This document shows positions 31,810 through 41,992 of a stretch of 64,000 nt of DNA, piece by piece. Positions within the stretch are counted from its first letter, which is position 1. Each line of letters starts with the position of its first letter. Below the pieces are notes generated by a model. That model saw only the letters and a program-made list of their open reading frames with translations, was not told the origin of the DNA and ran no database searches. The DNA lies in assembly GCA_046483495.1 (NCBI GenBank), contig JAWODC010000064.1:32001-96000 (forward strand), written 5' to 3'. A program made the position numbers and the translations under genes. Source of the DNA: Desulfobacterales bacterium (GTDB lineage: Bacteria > Desulfobacterota > Desulfobacteria > Desulfobacterales > UBA5616).

Positions 31810-33270
31810 ATGAGTGAGGAAAAAAAGGCAGTCGAAATCAAACCGGATGTGACAGAGGCGGTTCAGGCAGCCCTTGCCCGAAGAATCGACGGATTTGAAG
31901 CGGTGGTCTCGTGTGACCGGTTGTCCGGCGGCGCCAGCCAGGAAACCTATCGCATTGTCATCAGGACCAGGGATGGTGAGCAGAAGCTTGCCATGCGGCG
32001 TGCACCCGCCGGCATTCCAAAACCGGCGGTGGACGGCGGGCCCGGCCTGGCTATGGAGGCGAAGCTGATGCAGCTGGCCAGAGAGGCCGGTGTTCCCGAA
32101 CCGGAGGTTCTTTTTGTTGCCGAACCGGAGGACGGGCTTGGCGAAGCGTTCGTGATGGAATGGCTGGACGGCGAAACACTGGGCGCCCGAATCGTCCGCT
32201 CCGAGGAACTTGCCGGAATACGCCCCCACCTGGCATATCAATGCGGCCGGATTCTGGCAAAAATCCACGCCATCGACCTTAAGAAAACCGGGCTTGACAA
32301 AATGCTGCACACCATGGACCCCGAGGCGATGGTCGAACAAACATGGAACAATTACAAGTACTTGAATACGCCGCAGCCCATGATCGACTTCGCAGGAAGA
32401 TGGCTCATGGAGAACCTTCCCAAGAACACCCGGACCACGCTGGTCCATAATGATTTCCGAAACGGCAATATCATGGTGTCCAAAGAAGGCGTGATTGCTG
32501 TTCTGGACTGGGAACTTCCCCATATCGGAGATCCCATGCGCGATTTGGGCTGGATATGCACCAATTCATGGCGGTTCGGAAACAGCGAACTGCCCGTTGG
32601 CGGCTTCGGCCGATACGAAGACCTGTTCCGCGGTTATGAAGAAGTCTCGGGCATCGAGGTTGATCCGTATCATGTCAAGTTCTGGGAAGTCTTCGGATCC
32701 TTCTGGTGGGCCGTGGGATGCCTTCTCATGGCGGAGCATTACAGAAGCGGCCCGGACAAAACCGTTGAAAGGCCGGCGATCGGCCGCCGTTCGTCGGAAT
32801 GCCAGGTAGACTGCGTCAACTTGTTGATTCCGGGAGGTGTAACGCTGGTTGAACCGGCGAAAACGCCCACCTCCACGGAAATGCCTCGAATCGAGGAACT
32901 TGTTGTCAGTGTCCGCGACTTTCTGCGGGATGACATCATGGCCCAAACCAAGGGGCGAACGAATTTTATGGCACGAGTCGCATCCAATTCCCTGGATATC
33001 GTTTTACGGGATCTCACGCTGGGACCTACTCACCGGAAACGGGAGCTCGAGCGGCTCAGGCGACTCTTGTCAACCGACGGGGATTTGGACTCCCTGCGCT
33101 GGAAACTGGTAAACGGCCTTCGAGAAAAGACGATACAATTGGACCAACCGGGACTTTCCGAACACTTGCGCGAATCGGTGGTAAACCAGATTGCGATCGA
33201 TCAGCCCCGCTATTCCGGTTTTAAAACAGCACTGAAAATATCCGCCGATGCCCCCCGCAGGCATCCATGA
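31810..33270 (+). CDS. APH-family phosphotransferase (LvaA-like) with a C-terminal LvaB-like helical domain
   Basis: RLSGGASQE, HNDFRNGN, LDWE and GDPMRDLGW motifs; ~120-aa tail (ELVVSVRDFL...ARVASNSLDIVLR). Confidence 0.8.
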   Translation: MSEEKKAVEIKPDVTEAVQAALARRIDGFEAVVSCDRLSGGASQETYRIVIRTRDGEQKLAMRRAPAGIPKPAVDGGPGLAMEAKLMQLAREAGVPEPEVLFVAEPEDGLGEAFVMEWLDGETLGARIVRSEELAGIRPHLAYQCGRILAKIHAIDLKKTGLDKMLHTMDPEAMVEQTWNNYKYLNTPQPMIDFAGRWLMENLPKNTRTTLVHNDFRNGNIMVSKEGVIAVLDWELPHIGDPMRDLGWICTNSWRFGNSELPVGGFGRYEDLFRGYEEVSGIEVDPYHVKFWEVFGSFWWAVGCLLMAEHYRSGPDKTVERPAIGRRSSECQVDCVNLLIPGGVTLVEPAKTPTSTEMPRIEELVVSVRDFLRDDIMAQTKGRTNFMARVASNSLDIVLRDLTLGPTHRKRELERLRRLLSTDGDLDSLRWKLVNGLREKTIQLDQPGLSEHLRESVVNQIAIDQPRYSGFKTALKISADAPRRHP

Positions 33271-34040
33271 AACCGGAAGCCATGATCGATGAACCTTTTA
33301 TCGAAACCGATGCCCGCATCCATTACCTGGATCCACGGCTTCGCATAATCGCTGCAACGGCCTATGCCTTTTCGGTGGCACTGCTCCAGCGGTTCGAACC
33401 TCTGACGGTTGCTGTCGTGCTGTCCCTGCTGATGATCATCGCGGCCGGTGTGGACATGCGCGCCGTATGTAAGCGCCTGTTGGTGTTCAACGGCCTTATT
33501 CTGCTGTTTTGGCTGGTGTTGCCGCTGACGTTCACCGGTGAAGCCCTTTATCGCATCGGACCTTTAACCGTTACCCGCCCGGGGGTTATCATGGCCGCCA
33601 GGATTACACTGAAAGCAAATGCAATCATGCCGGCATTCATTGTCCTGGTTTCCACACTTCCCGTGGCGGAAATAGGCCACGCCCTGGAAAAGCTCAAGGT
33701 GCCGAAAAAGATCGTGCACATCCTCCTGTTGACGTACCGGTATATTTTCGTCATCGAACAGGAATACCAGCGATTACGGCGGGCCATGCGAGCGAGGGGA
33801 TTTATTCCGAAAACGAACCTTCACACCTACAAAACGTATGCTTACCTGATCGGTATGATATTCGTTCGTTCGTTGGACCGGGCCCATCGCGTTCACCAGG
33901 CCATGATCTGCAGGGGCTTTAATGGAACATTTCATTCACTGAGACGGTTTTCTTTAAAAACGTCGGATTTTGTTTTTTCAGCGGTTATGGCCGCCGCTGT
34001 CATTGGACTCGAGGTGATGGAATGGTTGCCGATCCGGTGA
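33267..34040 (+). CDS. cbiQ: Co/Ni ECF transporter T component
   Basis: LDPRLRI, LTYRYI, AMRARGF and AMICRGF motifs. Confidence 0.88.
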   Translation: MKPEAMIDEPFIETDARIHYLDPRLRIIAATAYAFSVALLQRFEPLTVAVVLSLLMIIAAGVDMRAVCKRLLVFNGLILLFWLVLPLTFTGEALYRIGPLTVTRPGVIMAARITLKANAIMPAFIVLVSTLPVAEIGHALEKLKVPKKIVHILLLTYRYIFVIEQEYQRLRRAMRARGFIPKTNLHTYKTYAYLIGMIFVRSLDRAHRVHQAMICRGFNGTFHSLRRFSLKTSDFVFSAVMAAAVIGLEVMEWLPIR

Positions 34041-34780
34041 TCCTCAAACTGGAAAAAGTCGACTTTGCTTATCCAAACGGCCGGACTGTTCTGAAAGAAG
34101 CCGATTTTTCACTTCATGCAGGCCAAAAAATCGGATTGATCGGCCACAACGGAAGTGGAAAATCGACGTTTCTCCATGTACTGGTCGGATTACTGCAAAT
34201 ATCCGGCGGATGCATCCGTTTTTTCGGGGAACCGGTGAAGACGGAAAAGGACTTTCAAAAAGTAAGGCGGCACATCGGCCTTGTCTTCCAGAATTCCGAT
34301 GACCAGCTTTTCAGCCCCACGGTTCTGGAAGATGTCGCCTTCGGGCTTTTGAATCAAGGCACGTCGGGGGATCAGGCCCGGGAAATTTCCAGAAAGATGC
34401 TGGCGGACCTGGATCTCGAGGCTTTTGAAGACCGGGTCACCTACCGGTTGTCCGGCGGGGAAAAACGGCTCGTATCTCTGGCCACGGTGTTGGTGATGAA
34501 ACCCCGGGTGCTGCTTCTCGATGAACCGTTTACCGGACTCGACGAATTTACCCGGGATCATATTATCGACATTTTGAGGCAACTCGACATCAGCTACATC
34601 ATTGTCTCTCATGAATATGATTCTCTGGAACGTACCACGGACATTATCTGCAGCATGGATCAGGGCAAAATTATCTATAACGGGGATTCATCCATTCTTC
34701 ACAGCCATTTCCATCGGCACCCCGGCGGCACCATCCTCCACCACCACAACAATACCGATGGCAAGCCAAATGCGGATTGA
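34022..34780 (+). CDS. cbiO: ECF transporter ATPase (CbiO-like) with His-rich tail
   Basis: GHNGSGKS, FQNSDDQLF, LSGGE and LLDEP motifs; tail HSHFHRHP...HHH. Confidence 0.85.
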   Translation: MVADPVILKLEKVDFAYPNGRTVLKEADFSLHAGQKIGLIGHNGSGKSTFLHVLVGLLQISGGCIRFFGEPVKTEKDFQKVRRHIGLVFQNSDDQLFSPTVLEDVAFGLLNQGTSGDQAREISRKMLADLDLEAFEDRVTYRLSGGEKRLVSLATVLVMKPRVLLLDEPFTGLDEFTRDHIIDILRQLDISYIIVSHEYDSLERTTDIICSMDQGKIIYNGDSSILHSHFHRHPGGTILHHHNNTDGKPNAD

Positions 34781-35687
34781 AGATCATTTTTTATTTCAGA
34801 AGGATTTTTTTCGCCGGAATTTCCGTCTTTTCGATGTCTATTTTCGAAATACCCCCGAGGCGCTTCACGGTGAAATCGAAAAAAAGATTAAAACCCTGGC
34901 AGGTTATGAAGAAACGATGACATGGCCCGTTATCCGGGGGCCTGGGTTTTGCGGCGCCACCCATCCGGGGGCCGGAAAAAGCTTTAATGCGATCATGACG
35001 GACGGCAACCCGTCATTTTACAACAGCGACTGTCTTTACATTCACCCCGGGATGGGGATTTTTGCCGTATCGGACCCACCGGGAGTCACCACTATCAGTC
35101 GCCGTCTGTTTGAAAAACTCGATTCACGATTGGCTCGAACGGCGGGAGATCACACGGATGCCGTTATCGATGAGCTTGCCGCCGAAATTCCGGCAAACCT
35201 CAATCCTACACTGGCATTAATCCGGTTTCAGAAACGGAAATTTGCAGCAAAGGCAAACCGGGCGAACGTTTATATCGCCGGCGACACCGCCGTCTATCGG
35301 GGTAATTTTCACACGAAACACATCGAACAGCTCAACGGCAGTCCGCATTTCTGGGGTACCGCATGCCGCCAATCACGATCTTGCGAATTGGAAATCGGCA
35401 GCGGAGACTTTTTCGTCATTGTCAGTGACGGCATCGGCAGCTTAAGGCAAATCGATACCTGCAGTTCAGTCGAAGAAATGTTTTTGAATCTGATTCTTTA
35501 CCAACCGGACCGTTTTGCTGAAATCATAACCGGGGACTGCAACCGGGTTTACACACTGAAAACAAACGGCTCGTCTCGAACCCTTCTGGGTGGAACCGAC
35601 GATATAACCGTCCTGCTCCTCATTCCGTCTCAACTGGATTACACCCCTTTGAAAAAGGGCTGCATCCTTGGAGGATTCATCGGGTGA
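34770..35687 (+). CDS. Divergent PP2C/PPM-family phosphatase-like protein
   Basis: FAVSD, AGDT, VSDGI and DDITV match PPM motifs 2, 5, 8 and 11; start 34758 or 34770. Confidence 0.65.
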   Translation: MRIEDHFLFQKDFFRRNFRLFDVYFRNTPEALHGEIEKKIKTLAGYEETMTWPVIRGPGFCGATHPGAGKSFNAIMTDGNPSFYNSDCLYIHPGMGIFAVSDPPGVTTISRRLFEKLDSRLARTAGDHTDAVIDELAAEIPANLNPTLALIRFQKRKFAAKANRANVYIAGDTAVYRGNFHTKHIEQLNGSPHFWGTACRQSRSCELEIGSGDFFVIVSDGIGSLRQIDTCSSVEEMFLNLILYQPDRFAEIITGDCNRVYTLKTNGSSRTLLGGTDDITVLLLIPSQLDYTPLKKGCILGGFIG

Positions 35688-35730
35688 ACCCGGCAACGAT
35701 ACGATCGGACCCCTGATCAGCCGCACCCGG

Positions 35731-35907
35731 TTATGCGGCATATCGCTGCTGGATGGTATTGCGGTCTTCTTCTGAAAGCGATTTCAGATACGATTTCCAT
35801 CCCGGGCACCATCCGATGTGCCATTTCCAGAATCGGCCCAAAAAAGATTTTGGATTTTGATCGTACCGGGCTCTTAACTTGCAGGATTCACAACGTGCCA
35901 TATCCAT
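35731..35907 (-). CDS. Small Cys/His/Trp-rich hypothetical protein
   Basis: GGAGG RBS; CESC...WKWHIGWCPGW. Confidence 0.65.
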   Translation of the reverse strand: MDMARCESCKLRARYDQNPKSFLGRFWKWHIGWCPGWKSYLKSLSEEDRNTIQQRYAA

Positions 35908-36308
35908 TGCCTCCGTTGCTGGTGATTTCGAGGGCAAAAAAAATTGAAAGAATACATATATTATATCCTTTTTCATCATGTTGCACAAGCATTTCTGCGA
36001 GTTCGAAATCCTATGATTACGTTGATGTTCATGTACATTCGGGCTCTTCGATACCCTGCAGCCGATTTCAGTACGGATAGGGTGTATCCCCCTTGTAACC
36101 TACCGATTTCGACCAGGGGGAGAGCCTGTCGGAAAAAAAATAGATGGTAAACAGGGCTTCGACATGCTAAATATTCGGTGATTTTTTCGTCTTTTGGAAA
36201 ATCGGCTCCGCCCGAAAGCTTAAGGATATTGACAATTTCATCCCTGCTGGTTATTGGGTCACATAATCCAGAAATGTCGTTTCCGGATGAACACTAAAAG
36301 GTATTGTT

Positions 36309-37193
36309 ATGCACACATACCGAAACTGGTTTTTAGCCAGCCGACCGTGGTCATTTACGATGACGGCCATATCCGTCAGTGTCGGCACCACGGTTGCGGC
36401 GCTTGGCGGCCATTTTTCATGGACGATTTTTATGATTTCCATTTTCGCCGCCGTTTTGCTGCATGCCGCCACAAATCTGATCAACGACTACTATGATGTC
36501 AAAAACGGCGTCGATACGGTGGAGGCCTGCACCGCTCAGTACCGCCCGCATCCGTTGGTCGAAGGAAAACTGAAAGCCTCCCAGGTTGCCGTTGCCGTCT
36601 CGATCATGTACTCAATATCTGCGCTGGTCGGACTTTTTCTAATCCTGACAAGAGGCTGGCTGCTGCTTCCCATTTGTTTGACCGGCGTATTCGCCAGCTT
36701 GATGTATACGGCCCCGCCCTTGAAATATAAATACCACGCACTGGGGGAAATGTCCGTTTTCTTGATGTGGGGTCCGCTCATGGTGGAAGGAGCCTACTTC
36801 GTCCAATCCCGGACGTTGAGCCTCGATGCATTCTGGATTTCGATGCCCTTCGGCGTCTTGGTAGCTCTGGTTTTGCTGGCCAATAATATCCGCGATATTT
36901 CTCACGACCGCAGCAAGGGAATTTCGACCATCGCCATACACCTCGGACGACGAAAAGGGCTTTATCTTTATTACAGCCTTATTCTCCTGGCCTACCTGGG
37001 CATTATCGTAATGACGATAACCGGTCTGCTGCCGCCGTGGTCCTTGATCGTCTTAATTTCGGCTCCACTGGCTATGCGGCTCTTGAGCACCATGCTCAAG
37101 CAGGTTCCCAAGGATGCCGATGCAAGGACGGCTCAATTGGATACCATTTTCGGTCTGCTTCTTGTGATCTCCCTCGTTCTGGGGGGATTGTGA
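36309..37193 (+). CDS. menA: UbiA-family prenyltransferase, MenA-like
   Basis: SRPWS, NDYYD, YTAPP, NNIRDISHD motifs; multi-TM. Confidence 0.78.
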   Translation: MHTYRNWFLASRPWSFTMTAISVSVGTTVAALGGHFSWTIFMISIFAAVLLHAATNLINDYYDVKNGVDTVEACTAQYRPHPLVEGKLKASQVAVAVSIMYSISALVGLFLILTRGWLLLPICLTGVFASLMYTAPPLKYKYHALGEMSVFLMWGPLMVEGAYFVQSRTLSLDAFWISMPFGVLVALVLLANNIRDISHDRSKGISTIAIHLGRRKGLYLYYSLILLAYLGIIVMTITGLLPPWSLIVLISAPLAMRLLSTMLKQVPKDADARTAQLDTIFGLLLVISLVLGGL

Positions 37194-37816
37194 CCACGCG
37201 GACGCCTCGGCCGACATCCATTTGGGCCACCGTACTGCTCGCCTTTTTTCTCTGGTTTATCGCCTTTTACCTGACGCTGTCGATTTTCTGGTTTAAAATT
37301 GCTGCGGCTGCGGCCATTTTGGCGGGGCTTTCTATCCTGCTTCAGCCCGGAGGTTACGATCGGGTCACGTTCAGTAGGCGAAGCATTATGATCGGCTTGG
37401 CATCGGCGGTGATCTTGTACGGGATCTTTTATCTCGGAAAAACACTATCCACAGCTATTCTGCCCTTTGCCCCGCATCAGATCGGCGGTATTTACGGCAA
37501 GGGGACGGGAACGCCTGTGTGGATTATTTTGCCGCTGCTTTTTTTCATTACCGGACCTGCGGAAGAGTTTTACTGGCGGGGCTTTTTACAAAAGAATCTC
37601 ATGTTACGACACGGGCAATTCCGGGGATGGCTGCTGACAACCGCCATCTATGCAGGGGTCCACATCTGGTCCTTCAATTTCATGCTGATCGGTGCAGCCG
37701 CAGTCGCCGGTGCCTTCTGGGGCTTCATGTACTGGCGGCTCAAGGATCTTTCTCCGGTAATTATCTCCCATGCTGTTTGGAGTTCCGTGATATTTGCCGT
37801 TGTGCCCATGAACTGA
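37190..37816 (+). CDS. CPBP/Abi (CAAX protease-like) intramembrane metalloprotease
   Basis: EEFYWRG, YAGVH and SHAVW motifs; GTG start overlaps the menA stop. Confidence 0.85.
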   Translation: MTTRTPRPTSIWATVLLAFFLWFIAFYLTLSIFWFKIAAAAAILAGLSILLQPGGYDRVTFSRRSIMIGLASAVILYGIFYLGKTLSTAILPFAPHQIGGIYGKGTGTPVWIILPLLFFITGPAEEFYWRGFLQKNLMLRHGQFRGWLLTTAIYAGVHIWSFNFMLIGAAAVAGAFWGFMYWRLKDLSPVIISHAVWSSVIFAVVPMN

Positions 37817-37851
37817 AGTGCCGTGGGTAATCGGGCTCTTCGCCTTTACTC

Positions 37852-37995
37852 AGTGTCCATCCAGAAATAGGCAATTTCGCGTGAGTTCAAGACGTGCGCA
37901 AGATCGAAACCGCAGGAATAGTGTGATGTTTTGAGGATTTCGATTTTGCGTCCAACGCAGAAATCTCGTGAAAGGGCCATTTATGTATGAACACT
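37852..37995 (+). repeat. Full copy of the palindromic MITE-like element
   Basis: About 91% identical to the reverse complement of 21791-21934; same length. Confidence 0.9.
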
Positions 37996-38026
37996 ACTTA
38001 CACCATTTACTTCTAAAGGTGATATT

Positions 38027-38812
38027 ATGACATTTGAACGCGTTATTCTGGAAATCAAGGACACCATCGCCGTACTTACGCTGAACCACCCGAAAGCATT
38101 GAATGCCATATCCCGACAGATGAACCGGGAAATTCAGGATGCCCTGGATCTGATCGCCCGGACCGACAGCGGGGCACGCTGCCTGCTGATCACCGGCGCC
38201 GGGCGGGGATTCTGCGCCGGCGCTAACCTCATGGATGACCCTCCGAATGATGGCCTGTCGCCGGGACAGCGGCATGTGAGCCGTTGGCTCCCTCTGTTTT
38301 TGAAGCTGCGGGACTTGCAAATGCCGACCGTCTCTGCGGTTAAGGGACCGGTCGTCGGTGTGGGCATGAGCCTCGCACTTTCCGCCGATATTATACTGGC
38401 CGGCAGAAGCGCCTATTTCCTCCAGGCATTTGCCAGAATCGGCATCGCTCCGGACGGCGGCGCCACCTTTATCCTACCCAGGCTCATCGGGAAAGCCAGG
38501 GCCATGGAACTTTCACTCTTGGCGGATCGACTGCCCGCCGATAAGGCGTATGAATGGGGGCTGATCAATCGATTATGCGATGATGAAGCACTGATGGATG
38601 AAGCCATGGACATGGCGGCCCGCCTGGCGAAAGGCCCAACCGCCGCTTTGGGGGCCACCCGGAAAGCCTATTGGATGGCGTTTGAAAACACCTATGAACG
38701 GCAGTTTTATCTCGAGGGCGACATCCTGGAAGAGCTTTCCCGGACGGAGGACAGTGTCGAGGGAATAAAGGCTTTTGTCGAAAAGCGCGAAGCCCGGTTC
38801 AAGGGGAAATAA
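38027..38812 (+). CDS. Enoyl-CoA hydratase/isomerase, PaaG-like
   Basis: GRGFCAG and FARIGIAPDGG motifs; first canonical hydratase Glu absent (GMSLAL). Confidence 0.85.
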   Translation: MTFERVILEIKDTIAVLTLNHPKALNAISRQMNREIQDALDLIARTDSGARCLLITGAGRGFCAGANLMDDPPNDGLSPGQRHVSRWLPLFLKLRDLQMPTVSAVKGPVVGVGMSLALSADIILAGRSAYFLQAFARIGIAPDGGATFILPRLIGKARAMELSLLADRLPADKAYEWGLINRLCDDEALMDEAMDMAARLAKGPTAALGATRKAYWMAFENTYERQFYLEGDILEELSRTEDSVEGIKAFVEKREARFKGK

Positions 38813-39087
38813 TCCTTCTCCGGAACGCCGTTTTGCGGGGCCCGGGCATCATTTCCCCTGCTCCATCGGCAGTCGATGTTCTATTGATTTTTGGCCCTGA
38901 TCATGCTTATATATTTCTTTATTCCATTTCTGCGTCGGCCGGAAGCCGGTATTCCCAGAGGATCTAAAGTGTTCTTCGGATAACATTTTCCGGCCGCCTT
39001 GAATTGAACCGAACCTTCTTTTCCGGGTGGACACACGTTACCTGCGGAAAAATTCCATGCCCTTTTTCGAGATAAGGAGATTTCTTT

Positions 39088-40263
39088 ATGCGTCAACCCC
39101 TTTCCGGTTTTCGGGTTATCGACTTCGGCCATTATATCGCCGGTCCGTATGCCGCCATGCTGCTGGCGGAACAGGGAGCAGAAGTGATCAAGGTGGAGCG
39201 CCCTTCCGGAGACCCCTATCGCAGCGAGCCCGGGTTCATGGTGTTCAACCGCAGCAAAAAAGGGATTCGGCTGGACTTGAAGAGGGAAGAAGGCCGGCAT
39301 ATCGCCCGGGATTTAACCCGCCATGCCGATGTGATCGTGGAAAATTTCCGGCCGGGGACGGCCCAACGCCTCGGTATCGATTATGAGACGATTTCCAAAG
39401 AAAATTCCCGTGCGGTATATTGTTCCATATCCGGATTCGGGCAATCCGGGCCCTACCGGGATATCCCCGGATGGGATCCCATCGTGGCATCCTATGCAGG
39501 TGTGTATGTCGAACAGGGTGGGGGCGAGGAAAATCCGCCTCTTTTTCTTGTGCTGCCCCTGCCCAGCTATTACGCCGCTTTCATGGCGGCATTCGCCGTG
39601 GCCACTGCTCTTGTGACCCGTGAAATCACCGGCAACGGACAGCGCGTCGACATCTCGTTGTTCAAAGCCATCATGGCAACACAGAGCACATACATGTCCG
39701 AGTTCGAGGGCAAGATCCGCATACCCGGCGCGGCCCGAAGCAATCAGCAGGGCGCCATGCCCCTTTATAAACTCTACCAGGCCGGCGACGGCAAGTGGTT
39801 TTTTCTTGCACTTGGCAACCCGACTTTTTTTACGAAGTTTGCATTGGCTATGGGCCATGAAGAATGGCTGACGGACCCGATTTTCGAAGGAGCTCCGTTT
39901 TTGATACTGCCGCCGAGAAATGTCCGGCTTATCGAGAGGTTTGAAAAGATGTTTGCAGACCGCACACGGGATGAATGGATCGCCTTTTTGCAAAAAGATG
40001 ACATCCCTTGCGCTCCGGCCGATTCCGTAAAACAATTTATGTCCGATCCCCAGGTGGCGGCAAATCGAATGGTTGTTGAAATCAATCAACCGGGCATTGG
40101 CCCGGTCCGTGAAATGGGTGTGCCGGTAAACCTGGAAAACACCCCTGGAGAAGTAAAAGCGGCCTGCCCTGAAGTCGGACAACATACACGTGACGTGTTG
40201 GACGGACTGCTTGGGTATACTTCGGAAAAGATTGCAGCGCTGACCGACAAACACGTTATCTGA
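39088..40263 (+). CDS. Family III (CaiB/BaiF) CoA-transferase subunit
   Basis: AGP...GAEVIKVE, NRSKK, ENFRPG and SISGFG motifs. Confidence 0.9.
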   Translation: MRQPLSGFRVIDFGHYIAGPYAAMLLAEQGAEVIKVERPSGDPYRSEPGFMVFNRSKKGIRLDLKREEGRHIARDLTRHADVIVENFRPGTAQRLGIDYETISKENSRAVYCSISGFGQSGPYRDIPGWDPIVASYAGVYVEQGGGEENPPLFLVLPLPSYYAAFMAAFAVATALVTREITGNGQRVDISLFKAIMATQSTYMSEFEGKIRIPGAARSNQQGAMPLYKLYQAGDGKWFFLALGNPTFFTKFALAMGHEEWLTDPIFEGAPFLILPPRNVRLIERFEKMFADRTRDEWIAFLQKDDIPCAPADSVKQFMSDPQVAANRMVVEINQPGIGPVREMGVPVNLENTPGEVKAACPEVGQHTRDVLDGLLGYTSEKIAALTDKHVI

Positions 40264-40278
40264 TAAACGGGAGGAACT

Positions 40279-41448
40279 ATGCATCCGTTGGAAAAAGTGC
40301 GTGTTGCAGATTTCACCACGATGATAAACGGCCCCTATGCCACCATGATGCTGTCCGATATGGGCGCGGATGTGATTAAAATAGAGCCCCCGTACGGCGA
40401 TTCGTGGCGCGCCGTCGGAGGGGGGTTTCTCTCCTGCAACCGGGGAAAGCGGGCCGTAGCCGTGGACTTGAAAAAGGCCGAGGGAAGGCAGGTGGTGTTT
40501 GACATTATCGAAACCTCGAATATCGTCGTAGAGAATGCCCGATGGGGGGTATGGCATAAACTTGGATTGGATTATGAATCGGTTAAAGAGAAAAAGCCCG
40601 ATCTGATCTATCTTTCGATTTTATCTTTCGGATCCACCGGCCCCGATGGCGAAAATCCGGGATTCGATCCCGTGCTTCAGGCAAGGAGCGGACAAATGGT
40701 GGGCCAGGGAGGCATCGGAAAGCCTCCGGTTTACCACCTGATTGCCTTGAATGATCAGGCCGCCCCCATGCTTGGGGCCTACGGGGCCGTTCTCGCCCTG
40801 CTCTCACAGATCCGCCACGGCAAAACAGCCCGGCGTGTGGAAACCTCCCTGACAAACGCCTCCATTGCACTGCAGGCAGGCGAATTCGTCGATTATGAAG
40901 GCGAAAATGTCCGTCGTCCAGGAGATACGGACCTGCGCGGTCTGAATGCCCTGATAAGGCTGTACCAGGCCGCCGACGGCCGGTGGCTTCAACTGTGTTG
41001 CCCGTATGAACGGGACTGGCAGAATTTATGCCGAATACCCGAATTTGACTTTCTTTTGTCCGACCCGAGATTTGCTTCATCCGAAAATCGCATTGAAAAT
41101 GACGCCGCGCTGACCGGCCTGTTGTCGAAAACGATTACCCAAAAAACGGTAACCGACTGGATTCCCATCCTGCAGGAAAACGAAGTCCCCGCGGCACCCG
41201 CACAAAGTGCGGACGAAGTGCTCCAGGACTCGCATTGTCTGAAAGCCGGCGTCTTCGACGACCGGAAGGATTCGGTTTTCGGAATGGCGCGGCTCGTCGG
41301 GATCGGACCGCAATTTTCGGAAAGTTCGGGTATCATTCGGCGGCCTGCACCGCTTCTCGGAGAGCATACCGAAGAGGTGCTGACCGAAATCGGATACGCA
41401 AAAGAAAAAATTCGCGCCTTGAGGAAGGCGAAGGTCATTTATTACTAA
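40279..41448 (+). CDS. Family III (CaiB/BaiF) CoA-transferase subunit
   Basis: GADVIKIE, NRGKR, LNDQAAP and APLLGEHT motifs. Confidence 0.9.
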   Translation: MHPLEKVRVADFTTMINGPYATMMLSDMGADVIKIEPPYGDSWRAVGGGFLSCNRGKRAVAVDLKKAEGRQVVFDIIETSNIVVENARWGVWHKLGLDYESVKEKKPDLIYLSILSFGSTGPDGENPGFDPVLQARSGQMVGQGGIGKPPVYHLIALNDQAAPMLGAYGAVLALLSQIRHGKTARRVETSLTNASIALQAGEFVDYEGENVRRPGDTDLRGLNALIRLYQAADGRWLQLCCPYERDWQNLCRIPEFDFLLSDPRFASSENRIENDAALTGLLSKTITQKTVTDWIPILQENEVPAAPAQSADEVLQDSHCLKAGVFDDRKDSVFGMARLVGIGPQFSESSGIIRRPAPLLGEHTEEVLTEIGYAKEKIRALRKAKVIYY

Positions 41449-41509
41449 ACCTGCATAGCAGCGCGAAAAACCCGAACGTAAAAAATCTACAACCAAGGAG
41501 GATGCTCGT

Positions 41510-41881
41510 ATGTACAAACGCTATATCGTGGAAATCGGCATGGGCGTCGATCAGCATGGCCACAAAAAAAACCCGACCAACGCTGCAGTCAAGGCGATAA
41601 AAAACGCCATTTCTAACAATTGCCTTGTGGGTCTGGCGGATATCGTGGGGATGAAGAGCCCCGCCGATATGCAGGTGGATGTGCTGATCGCGGTTCCCTA
41701 CCCTGAAAATATCGACCGGGAAGGGGTTCTCGCCGCCATCCCCTTCGGGTCTAAAAACCTTACCGTAGTAAAGGGCGGGATGACCACCTCGGGTCTGCCG
41801 GTCCCGGCACTTGGGGATACCGACGGCGAAGTGCTGGTGGCCACGGCATCCGTTACGGTAAATGTAAAGGTGAATGAATAA
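41510..41881 (+). CDS. Lin0512-family protein
   Basis: EIGMGVDQHG...TNAAVKA, PFG and GG motifs. Confidence 0.8.
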   Translation: MYKRYIVEIGMGVDQHGHKKNPTNAAVKAIKNAISNNCLVGLADIVGMKSPADMQVDVLIAVPYPENIDREGVLAAIPFGSKNLTVVKGGMTTSGLPVPALGDTDGEVLVATASVTVNVKVNE

Positions 41882-41992
41882 CCGGCATCCAAAGCATCAA
41901 AAATCAAACACCCCGGCGCCTGTATGCGCATGCCGGAGGTTCGGATACAAGAAAAAATCGTTAACACATTCAAGCCACCAGGGGAGGACGCC

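Noticed and set aside
35990..36075. Further degenerate repeat-family remnants (also 45560-45645 and 44631-44660)
   Set aside because: Only short motif resemblance; cannot be supported without a covariance-model search
39313..40557. 414-aa minus-strand ORF (also 41897-42790, 12984-13835, 31771-32523, 21070-21909)
   Set aside because: Antisense shadows of well-supported genes, with no recognisable motifs
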